Below, piece by piece: positions 40,568-48,731 of a stretch of DNA of 64,000 nt; the first letter of the stretch is position 1, and each line of letters starts with the position of its first letter. Source of the stretch: Candidatus Hydrogenedentota bacterium (GTDB lineage Bacteria > Hydrogenedentota > Hydrogenedentia > Hydrogenedentales > SLHB01); the NCBI GenBank assembly GCA_963745075.1, contig CAVUWV010000020.1:32001-96000 (forward strand), written 5' to 3'. The position numbers and the translations under genes are program-made. The notes beneath the pieces were generated by a model. That model was given only the letters and a program-made list of their open reading frames with translations, made no database searches and had not been told where the DNA came from.

Positions 40568-42037
40568 ATGGCGGGAGAAAACTTGGTGCGACGAGACTTC
40601 TTGGCGCGAAGCGCGGCTGGCGTCACGGCGGCATTGGCAAACGCCGGAGCGCAGGGCGCAGAGACGTCATCACAACGGAGACCAAACGTCCTTTGGCTGC
40701 TCGGCGACCAGCATCGCGCACAAGCCTTGAGTTGCATGGGCGATCCGAATCTCACCACGCCAAACATCGACAAACTCGCCGGCGGGATTGGCGTGACCGC
40801 AGTCGCCGGATGTCCCCTGTGCACACCGTTCCGCGGCTCGCTGCTGACGAGCCGGTATCCACACGAGTGCACGCCCGGCCACGATTACGCCATGCCGGAT
40901 GGGATGCCGACCGTTGCCGCGCCTTTCAACGAAGCCGGGTATCACACGGCCTATTTCGGCAAGTGGCACGTGGACGGACGGGACAACCGTGCGGAGGGGG
41001 AACGATCCGGAAAACAATTCGTTCGGCCCAAGCGCCGGGGCGGGTTCGAGATGTGGCTGGGCTACGAAAACAACAACGCCCAATACGATTGTTGGCTTCA
41101 CGGTCATGACGTCAAGGGCGATCCCATCGAATTGTTTCAAATTCCGAAGTACGAGACCGACGGCGTCACGGATCATCTTATCGAGTACATCGAGGATCGC
41201 GGCCGCGAACAGGCCGCAGGCGATGCGCGACCGTTCTTCGCCGCTATGTCCGTACAACCGCCCCACTCCCCCTACGTCGCGCCGGAGGAATGGACGGCGC
41301 GCCATCGACCTGAGGATGTGAAATTACGTCGCAACGTCCCGCCGGTGAAGCAGATCGTGGACGATGCGCGACGCGATCTCGCCGGGATATTACGCGATGA
41401 TCGAAAATCTCGACTGGAACATCGGCCGGATCGTCGAGACGCTGGAAGAAGACGGGACAATTGGACAATACATATATCGTCTTCTTCTCGGACCACGGCG
41501 ACATGCATGGATCCCACGCCCGCATCCTCAAATGTGTGCCGTGGGAGGAATCGATTCGGATCCCGTTCATCGTATCCAAAGGCGGAAAACCCTGCATGGA
41601 GCGCGCGGTCCCGTCACCGGTCCACACGCCCATCAATCATGTCGATATCGCGCCGACGACCCTCGGGCTCTGCGGTCTGCCCGTGCCCGAGTGGATGCGC
41701 GGCACCGACATGTCCGGACTCGTCGACAGTTCTCGGGGCGGGCAAGGCTCGACGTTCCGACTCGGCGTTTCTCCAACTCGTCGATCCCGGGTTCAAATAC
41801 GGGTTTGCTTCCGACCGCGAACGTCCCTGGCGCGGCGTGGTGACACAAGACGGGTGGAAATACGCGGTTCTCGAAGGGCAGCCCTGGCTGCTCCATGACC
41901 TCAACGAAGACCCTTACGAACTTGCCAACCACGCCCTGGACGGCCGCTACAAAGTCGAACGCCGTAAGCTGCAGGAACGGCTGGCGGCGTGGATGAACGA
42001 TACCGGGGATACGTTTGCGTTGCCGGAGATTACGTGA
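40568..42037 (+). CDS. Tat-exported formylglycine-type sulfatase; three compensating frameshifts between about 41385 and 41740
   Basis: RRDFL, PNVLW..DQHR, CTPFR and GKWH; YYAMIENLDWNIG and NTYIVFFSDHGD occur in the other two frames; DPYE. Confidence 0.85.
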   Translation: MAGENLVRRDFLARSAAGVTAALANAGAQGAETSSQRRPNVLWLLGDQHRAQALSCMGDPNLTTPNIDKLAGGIGVTAVAGCPLCTPFRGSLLTSRYPHECTPGHDYAMPDGMPTVAAPFNEAGYHTAYFGKWHVDGRDNRAEGERSGKQFVRPKRRGGFEMWLGYENNNAQYDCWLHGHDVKGDPIELFQIPKYETDGVTDHLIEYIEDRGREQAAGDARPFFAAMSVQPPHSPYVAPEEWTARHRPEDVKLRRNVPPVKQIVDDARRDLAGILRDDRKSRLEHRPDRRDAGRRRDNWTIHISSSSRTTATCMDPTPASSNVCRGRNRFGSRSSYPKAENPAWSARSRHRSTRPSIMSISRRRPSGSAVCPCPSGCAAPTCPDSSTVLGAGKARRSDSAFLQLVDPGFKYGFASDRERPWRGVVTQDGWKYAVLEGQPWLLHDLNEDPYELANHALDGRYKVERRKLQERLAAWMNDTGDTFALPEIT

Positions 42038-42044
42038 GGGAATG

Positions 42045-42224
42045 AGAGACAACAGGGACAGCAGGGACAACAGGGACGTAAGACTCTCTCGTAGGGAATC
42101 TATTCTTTGTCCGTCTCCGTTCCGTGCTCTTCAATGTCTTTCTCTTCTGGAGTGTCTCTTGGAGCCGACCTGTCGTATCGGCAGCCTCTGTTGTTCTTGG
42201 TGTCCCTGCCGTCTCTACGTCCCT
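42045..42224. repeat. Inverted pair of 9-bp tandem arrays (AGGGACARC-like) at the 3' side of the four-helix-bundle gene
   Basis: agagacaac agggacagc agggacaac agggacgta (42045-42080) versus gttgttctt ggtgtccct gccgtctct acgtccct (42190-42224). Confidence 0.85.
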
Positions 42225-42783
42225 GTCTTCGCCGCTTGTTGCGCTCCTCGATTCGTGCCCGTGTCATTCCTTCGCGTAGGCCACCTCGTTCAAGGAACAC
42301 TTTTTCGAGATGCTTGATCTGCCGGTCCAACAACACGCTGGCAACTCGGATCAGCCCGATTATCACATTCACGCAGATTGCCGGATCCGAGTGTTTGATT
42401 CCCTTTCGGAATGTTTCGTAGTTTGCGTTTGGGACTCGGGTGAGCTCCCGCAGCCGTTGCGCATAGGGGTGATCCTTGGGCCACTCCTCGATTCCACGGA
42501 GACGAAGAAAATCGCGATAGTCCTCCAATAGCTCCTCCAGACTCGCTCTCGCCACATTGGTAAGTTTGAGTTCGATTTCCTTTGACGTGGCCGAGGCCAT
42601 GCTGCCTTCGACGATATTCTGTTTCCCGGAGCGCGCGGCCTGGATCATCTGGTCGTGGGTTCGATCGCGCTTATCGATGAAGCGGATGCAGAAGTGGACG
42701 GTGGCGTCGTAAATGATTTCGGCCTTTTGGTACGAGAGGAGTTTCTTGTAGCCACCGTGTTTGGGGATGAAGCGCTCCGCCAT
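42100..42783 (-). CDS. Four-helix-bundle protein with suffix domain (23S rRNA IVS protein/Avd-like superfamily)
   Basis: GGYKKLLSYQKA..IYD.T, RTHDQMIQAARSGKQNIVEGS, KLTNVARASLEELLEDY and F...GG.RE.MTRAR; GAGGG upstream of the ATG at 42783. Confidence 0.9.
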   Translation of the reverse strand: MAERFIPKHGGYKKLLSYQKAEIIYDATVHFCIRFIDKRDRTHDQMIQAARSGKQNIVEGSMASATSKEIELKLTNVARASLEELLEDYRDFLRLRGIEEWPKDHPYAQRLRELTRVPNANYETFRKGIKHSDPAICVNVIIGLIRVASVLLDRQIKHLEKVFLERGGLREGMTRARIEERNKRRRQGRRDGRDTKNNRGCRYDRSAPRDTPEEKDIEEHGTETDKE

Positions 42784-42825
42784 GGGATAGTTCCCTCGTA
42801 CTGGTTTCGAACAGGATGTCATAAT

Positions 42826-42957
42826 GACCAAGGACAACAGAGACAACAAGGACAGCAGGGACGATACAAACGCCCGAGGCGGGACGATGTAGCACGGTCT
42901 TGTGTTCTGCTGTCGCTGCTGTCCCTGGTGTCTCTGATGTCTCTGCCGTCCTTGGTC
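42826..42957. repeat. Inverted pair of 9-bp tandem arrays at the 5' side of the four-helix-bundle gene
   Basis: gacc aaggacaac agagacaac aaggacagc agggacgat versus gctgtcgct gctgtccct ggtgtctct gatgtctct gccgtcctt ggtc. Confidence 0.88.
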
Positions 42958-43033
42958 TGGAAGGGACACCGCTGCTATGCTCAGTTACAGTCGGTGGACA
43001 AAGAGACAGAAACTCACTCAACGGGTACCTGAG

Positions 43034-44533
43034 ATGGCAGCTCCGACCACGAGAAAGTCCTATATAGATCGCCGCACCTTCCTGAAGCTGACAGGCGCCT
43101 CGCTTGCCGCGGGTTCAATGATGGCGTACAGAAAGCAAAGTCCTAATCCCCGCCGCCCTAATGTCATCCTCATCATGACGGACAACCAGGGCGCCTGGAC
43201 GTTGGGGTGTTACGGCAATCCGGATATCCACACGCCGAACATCGACCGGCTGGCAACGGAAGGCGCGCGATTCACCCGGGCCTTCTGCAACAACGCGGTG
43301 TGTTCTCCGACGCGAGCAAGTTACCTGACGGGGTTGATGCCGTCGCAGCATGGCGTGCACAAGTACATCAACAACGACGTCATGTTGGGCCCGAAAGCCT
43401 ACAGCACGATCGCGGAGTATGACACCTTGCCGCAAATCCTGAGTGAATCAGGATACACCTGCGGGCTCGTCGGTAAGTGGCACCTGGGCGATCACCTTCA
43501 TCCTCAGGAAGGGTTCAGCTATTGGGTGGTTAAACCGGAAGGGCACACGACGAGCTTTCACAACCAGCACTACATCGAGAACGGCGAGACCCACGAGATC
43601 CCCGGACACCAGACCGCCTATTGGACGAAACGCGCTTGCCAATTCATCGAACAGAGCAAGGACGAGCCGTTCTTCCTGTTTCTCGCGTATAACGGGCCGT
43701 ATGGACTCGGCCAGAGCATGCTCGTCGAACCGAATAATCCCCATGCCTCGGATTACACAGACTGCAAATTCACTTCGTTCCCGCGGGAAGAACCGGACCC
43801 GTGGCTGGTCAACAATCGCAACATGATCAACAACCCGACGTCGATGCGCGCGTACGCCTCCGAACTAAGCTGCGTCGACGACGGTGTGGGTAAGGTGATG
43901 AGCACCTTGGCCCGACTTGGGCTTGATGACAACACGCTGGTCATCTTCACGGCCGACCAGGGGTGGGCCGGGGGTCAGGGCGGATTCTGGGGCATGGGCG
44001 ATCATACACGGCCCTTGACGGGCTACGATCCCATGATGCACATCCCGTTGATTTACCGTCATCCCGGTCACGTCGCCGCCAAAAATGAAGTCCATGAAAT
44101 GGTGAGCAACTACGACTTGCTGCCCAGCGTTCTCGACTATCTTGGTTTGACTGACAAGTTGCCGAGCGAACCGCCGCTGCCGGGACGCGACTATTCCACA
44201 TTTTTGCGCGGGGAAAGCGCGGATTGGGACAACGTCATCTTCTACGAATTCGAGAACCTTCGCTGTATCCGGACCGAGGATTGGAAGTACATCGAGCGGT
44301 TCGGTGACGCGCCCGATGAATTGTTTTATCTCGCGGAAGATCCGGGGGAACAAGACAATCTGATCGATGACCCGGAATATGAAACGACGAAGGATGAATT
44401 GAGTCGGCGTCTTAATGCCTTCTTCGGTCGGTATGCGGTTCCCAAATACGATCTGTGGCATGGTGGAACCGCAAAAGGCGGATTGCTCCTGGGCGAAGCG
44501 CCGTATCAAAATCCGGCTGAACCCACGACTTGA
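43034..44533 (+). CDS. Tat-exported formylglycine-type sulfatase
   Basis: DRRTFLK, PNVILIMTDNQ, CSPTRASYLTG, GKWHLG, VIFTADQG and DPGE. Confidence 0.93.
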   Translation: MAAPTTRKSYIDRRTFLKLTGASLAAGSMMAYRKQSPNPRRPNVILIMTDNQGAWTLGCYGNPDIHTPNIDRLATEGARFTRAFCNNAVCSPTRASYLTGLMPSQHGVHKYINNDVMLGPKAYSTIAEYDTLPQILSESGYTCGLVGKWHLGDHLHPQEGFSYWVVKPEGHTTSFHNQHYIENGETHEIPGHQTAYWTKRACQFIEQSKDEPFFLFLAYNGPYGLGQSMLVEPNNPHASDYTDCKFTSFPREEPDPWLVNNRNMINNPTSMRAYASELSCVDDGVGKVMSTLARLGLDDNTLVIFTADQGWAGGQGGFWGMGDHTRPLTGYDPMMHIPLIYRHPGHVAAKNEVHEMVSNYDLLPSVLDYLGLTDKLPSEPPLPGRDYSTFLRGESADWDNVIFYEFENLRCIRTEDWKYIERFGDAPDELFYLAEDPGEQDNLIDDPEYETTKDELSRRLNAFFGRYAVPKYDLWHGGTAKGGLLLGEAPYQNPAEPTT

Positions 44534-44628
44534 ACGCGGTGCCCATTCCGTTTAGGTTGTTCATGGGCTGAATCTTATGAATTGGCGCAGTCAAGACCAT
44601 TCGCACATGCGAATGAACCATTGAGGAA

Positions 44629-45312
44629 ATGGACATGTTTACACGTACGGTAACGTTATTGGCCGCTTTGACGCTGATTGGTCTTTCATTTCCCGCGCAG
44701 GGTGCGGACGACGGCTGGGTATCGCTGTTCGACGGTAAGACGTTGGACGGCTGGATTCAGAAGAACGGTACCGCCACGTACCGCGTGGAAAACGGCACAA
44801 TCGTCGGCCAAACCACGCCGGGCAGTCCGAATTCCTTTCTCTGCACGGAGAAGGAATACGGCGATTTCGAGCTGGAATTCGACGTGAAACTCATGAACGA
44901 CGAACTGAATTCCGGCGTGCAAATCCGTTCGCAGACGAAACCGCCGGAAGGCGACGAAAAATTCGGCCGCGTCAACGGTCCGCAGGTCGAAATTGAAGCG
45001 ACCTTGGCGGACGGCGCGCAGTCCGGCCTCATTTACGGCGAAGCCTGTGGCGGGTGGATGTCTCCCGACGCCGAATCGAAGCGATTGAAGGCCTTCAAGG
45101 ACGGCGAGTGGAATTCGTACCGCGTCATTGCGAAGGGTCCCCGGATCCAGACCTGGATCAACGGTCAACCCATCGAAGACCTCGTGGATCAGGAGAAGTA
45201 CGAAACCCATCCCAAGGGGTTCATCGGCTTACAGGTTCACGGCGTCGGCGACCGCGGGCCCTATGAAGTGGCGTGGCGTAACATCCGCATCAAGGTTCTC
45301 GATTCCAAATAG
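44629..45312 (+). CDS. DUF1080 (3-keto-disaccharide hydrolase-like) secreted protein
   Basis: WVSLFDGKTLDGW, YGDFELE, NSGVQIRS, WNSY, GFIGLQVH and WRNIRIK. Confidence 0.92.
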   Translation: MDMFTRTVTLLAALTLIGLSFPAQGADDGWVSLFDGKTLDGWIQKNGTATYRVENGTIVGQTTPGSPNSFLCTEKEYGDFELEFDVKLMNDELNSGVQIRSQTKPPEGDEKFGRVNGPQVEIEATLADGAQSGLIYGEACGGWMSPDAESKRLKAFKDGEWNSYRVIAKGPRIQTWINGQPIEDLVDQEKYETHPKGFIGLQVHGVGDRGPYEVAWRNIRIKVLDSK

Positions 45313-45373
45313 GCGCGACACGACGGTGGCAATCTATTCCAGGAAACGTGTGTCTTGTCAAGGGGGTACGATA

Positions 45374-46550
45374 ATGAGAATTCTCATGTCTGCATTTTTG
45401 ATTCTTGCGGCGGTTCTGATTGCGCATGGCGCGATCGCGGCGGAAGCCGGGCCGGCATTCCAGATGCACCGCGTCGGGACGTACCGCGGCGAAGTATGCG
45501 GCGTGGCCGATTTCAACAACGACGGGGCCCTGGACATTGTCGCCCTGCCTTATCTGTACCTTGCGCCCAAGTTTGAACCGCTCAAGATCTGCGACGTGGA
45601 AGGCGAGGTCGACGAGGAAGGCAAGGGCTATCGGTGGGATTTTATGAACGCGCCCATCGACGTGGATGGGGACGGCTGGATGGATATCGCCACCTGTTCC
45701 TGGTTCGGCAAGAAAGCGGAATGGCTGCGAAATCCAGGCGAAGCCGGTGGTATGTGGCCACGTACGCTCATCGAGGAGAACGGTAACTACGAATGCGGCG
45801 AAGCCTGGGATCTCGATGGCGACGGCAAGGCCGAAGAGATTCTGCCGTCCGTAAAGCCGACGGTCTGGTACGAAGCGGGCACCTTGCCGGACGGGACGCG
45901 CGGTATGATCAAGCACGTGATTTCCGAGGAGGAAATGGACTTCGGCGTGGGCTGCGGCGACCTCAACGGGGATGGACGTCCCGACGTTATTCGCCCCGCG
46001 GCATGGTTTGAAGCACCGGCCGATCTGCGTGCGGGTGAGTGGAACGAACATCCCATTGCCATCGGCAATCCCGAGGAAGGCAAACCGGGCCACACACCGC
46101 AGATCCTCGTGTACGACGTCAATGACGACGGCCTCGCGGATATGGTCACCAGCGCGGCCCACGACTACGGGATCTACTGGTACGAGCAGGTCCGGCGGGA
46201 TGGCAAGATTGCGTTTACGCGCCACCTCATCGACGATTCCTGGTCTCAGGCTCACAGCCTGGCCCTCGCCGACATCGACGCGGACGGCGACCTGGATCTC
46301 GTCACCGGCAAGCGGTTCATGGCCCACAACGGTAACGATCCCGGTGGGACGGAGCCGATCGGCGTTTATTGGTACGAACTGGACCGCTCGACCGAACCCA
46401 ACCTGGACCAAGCACGTAATTTCCTACAACGAAGGAATTGGGTCGGGCCTGAACCTCGTGGTCATAGACCTTGATAGGGATGAGGATTTGGACATTGTAG
46501 TGACGAGCAAATCGGGTGGGCCGGTGTGGTTCGAGAACACGCTGAGGTAG
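45374..46550 (+). CDS. Secreted FG-GAP/VCBS repeat protein; frameshift near 46395
   Basis: Seven DxxxDGxxD-type repeats; last blade (WTKHVI...DLDRDEDLDIV..WFEN) is in a different frame. Confidence 0.82.
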
Positions 46551-46575
46551 TGACCGGCTGCAAGTGCGTCGCGAG

Positions 46576-46776
46576 TCAGGAATCGCCGTTGGATGAATCA
46601 CGCATCCGATCGCGCGTGTAGGAAATCAGGAGGCCAACGCCGGCAATGACCAACACGACTCCGGAAACCCAATTCATCCGCGCGTCGTGTGCGGACATAG
46701 CTTTGAGGATTGGTGTCAGGATCACCAACAAACCCAGTATCGCGATCACCGCGCCGTTCAGTAGCTTGATTTCCAT
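46576..46776 (-). CDS. Small two-TM membrane protein downstream of the SSS symporter
   Basis: 66 aa with two hydrophobic helices, co-oriented with the symporter. Confidence 0.65.
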   Translation of the reverse strand: MEIKLLNGAVIAILGLLVILTPILKAMSAHDARMNWVSGVVLVIAGVGLLISYTRDRMRDSSNGDS

Positions 46777-46809
46777 TCGGTATGCCCTATCTGTCCATTC
46801 GAATCGCGG

Positions 46810-48387
46810 CTACCAGAAGATTTCCGTCCAGAATACATAGACCGCGAGCGTTACGACGAATAACACGGCGGCCACACGCTTGAGCCTTGGGGTCAAGTAA
46901 TGCTCTACATCCTCGGGTCTTACTCCTCGAACGTCCGCTTCGCCGGGAGTGAACAAACTTACCAAAAGTGCAACGACTCCGGTCAACGCAAAGGTAACGG
47001 TACCCCGGAAGTACAAGTCCTCCTTCGCGATGTCCGCTAACATACCCATCCGAGACATGACAAACAGCACCACAGCCACAGAACCGCCGACAATCAGCCC
47101 GGCCACCGCGCCACGGCTATTTATCTTTCGTACCGTTGCGCCAAGGATCGTCACGGCGCCAAACGGCGGCATGATCACCGCCAATACGCCCACGGCGAAG
47201 AGGAACATCCCTTCTTCCGCGTGCTTAAAGGCAAAGGCCGCGCCCACGGCGAGGCACGTTCCGACCACGCCGGCGACGCGCGATACGCTCACGTAATGAT
47301 GATCGGACTGTCCGGGTTTGACGAACCGACGGTAGATATCGGCGGTGAACATGGTGCAAAACGCATTGATCTGGGAGTCCGCACTTGAAAGAAATCCCGC
47401 AATTAGGCCCACCACTGCTATTCCATACAGACCGGTCGGAAGAAAATGCTTGATGAGTTCCGGCATGGCGTGATCGTTATTGGACAACTCCGGGAAAAGC
47501 ACTTTCGCCGTCAAGCCCGGAACGATGATGACCAACGGCACGAGCACCGCATACCACATGGAAGCGCCGAGATAGCTAATGCTGGCGTTTTCGGGGTCCT
47601 TCGAGGCAAGGGGCCGCTGCACCACTTGGGCCTCGCAGGACCAGTAGCTCATGCCCATGAAAAACATCCCTGCCAGCGCCATGGGGAGCGAACCAAGACT
47701 TGAATGTGCCGCCCAGAAGTGACGATGCGAATCGGGCAGCTTGGCCGCCAACCCGGAAAACCCACCCATCTCCACGAGACAGCAACCGGAGAGAATCACG
47801 AGGGGAAAGAACATGAGCGCCAACTGAAGCACGTCCGTGGCAACGACCGCGCCGAAACCGCCCATGAGCGTATAGGCCGCCGCGACGATGGTAAGCAGGA
47901 AGATGCAGCCGTTGAGGTCCCAACCCAGCAGTGTTTCCAGGACTTTTGAACCCGCGTAGATGTAGAGGCCGAGGTTAAACAGCATCCAAATAAAGGTCCA
48001 GACAACGCTATACGCCACGCCCACACGTGCGTCATACCGGCGTTCAAGCCAGCCGCCGAGTGAATAGACGTTAAGCGCGCGAAGCCGCGGCATCAGAATC
48101 AGGGCCGCGAGCAGCAAGACGATGCTGCCCATGAAGACCCCGTGAGACATGACGATCCCCACGGAATAGACGGCGCCGGTCAAGCCGAGAAAGTCGTTCG
48201 CATTGAGGTTCGTGGCGACGGTGGAGAACGAGGCGATGATGCCGTTCACGTTGCGTCCCGCGAGAAAGGCCGATTCCATCGTATCGGCCTTGTGATGCAT
48301 GCGCCAGCCCCAGTACACGACGGCCACGATGAATACCACCACCATAGCCCATTCGGTGCCGTAGAGGCTGTCTGTGAAGATCGCCAC
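46810..48387 (-). CDS. Sodium:solute symporter family transporter
   Basis: FLAGRN, LERRYD, YTLMGGFGAVVATDVLQ, QVVQR and LSSADS; GTG start with GGAGG RBS. Confidence 0.92.
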   Translation of the reverse strand: MAIFTDSLYGTEWAMVVVFIVAVVYWGWRMHHKADTMESAFLAGRNVNGIIASFSTVATNLNANDFLGLTGAVYSVGIVMSHGVFMGSIVLLLAALILMPRLRALNVYSLGGWLERRYDARVGVAYSVVWTFIWMLFNLGLYIYAGSKVLETLLGWDLNGCIFLLTIVAAAYTLMGGFGAVVATDVLQLALMFFPLVILSGCCLVEMGGFSGLAAKLPDSHRHFWAAHSSLGSLPMALAGMFFMGMSYWSCEAQVVQRPLASKDPENASISYLGASMWYAVLVPLVIIVPGLTAKVLFPELSNNDHAMPELIKHFLPTGLYGIAVVGLIAGFLSSADSQINAFCTMFTADIYRRFVKPGQSDHHYVSVSRVAGVVGTCLAVGAAFAFKHAEEGMFLFAVGVLAVIMPPFGAVTILGATVRKINSRGAVAGLIVGGSVAVVLFVMSRMGMLADIAKEDLYFRGTVTFALTGVVALLVSLFTPGEADVRGVRPEDVEHYLTPRLKRVAAVLFVVTLAVYVFWTEIFW

Positions 48388-48539
48388 TCGTTCCTCCCTG
48401 AGTTCGCCTGCGATACCCCCTGTACAAACGAAAGGCCGATACACGGTATCGGAGCGGCGGGGTCACGTCAACCTTGGGCCGTACGGGTTATCGTCGCGAC
48501 TCTAGTTTCTCCCAAAGACGGTCGGCCAAAATCAGTCAA

Positions 48540-48688
48540 AGCGACAGCAGAGACATCAAGGACAGCAGGGACGTGCAAGCTGGCTACGATCAATGACCGA
48601 GGCGAGTCCGAATTTTTGGGAGACACCCCAATGACTTACGACCCCAGACTCCTCTGTCGCTGGTGTCTTTGTTGTCGTTGATGTCCCT
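48540..48688. repeat. Gene-less inverted pair of the same 9-bp arrays that flank the four-helix-bundle gene
   Basis: agcgacagc agagacatc aaggacagc agggacgtg ... tctgtcgct ggtgtcttt gttgtcgtt gatgtccct. Confidence 0.85.
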
Positions 48689-48731
48689 CGGTTCCCGCAA
48701 AGCAATCAAACGGACCGGCGAAGTATTCGAT

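Noticed and set aside
41385..41740. Novel insertion domain or programmed recoding in the first sulfatase
   Set aside because: Conserved sulfatase motifs are present in the other two frames; compensating indel errors explain it better.
42100..42783. 23S rRNA intervening sequence
   Set aside because: The flanks are sulfatase genes; there is no rRNA sequence in the window.
42045..42957. CRISPR array or diversity-generating retroelement interpretation of the repeats and Avd-like gene
   Set aside because: Units are 9 bp with no spacers, there are no cas genes or reverse transcriptase, and no TR/VR pair differing at adenines was seen.
42784..42969. N-terminal extension of the four-helix-bundle ORF (QRHQRHQGQQ.../LLSLLSLLS)
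   Set aside because: It is simply the translation of the 9-bp arrays; the family-like sequence starts at the ATG at 42783 with an RBS.
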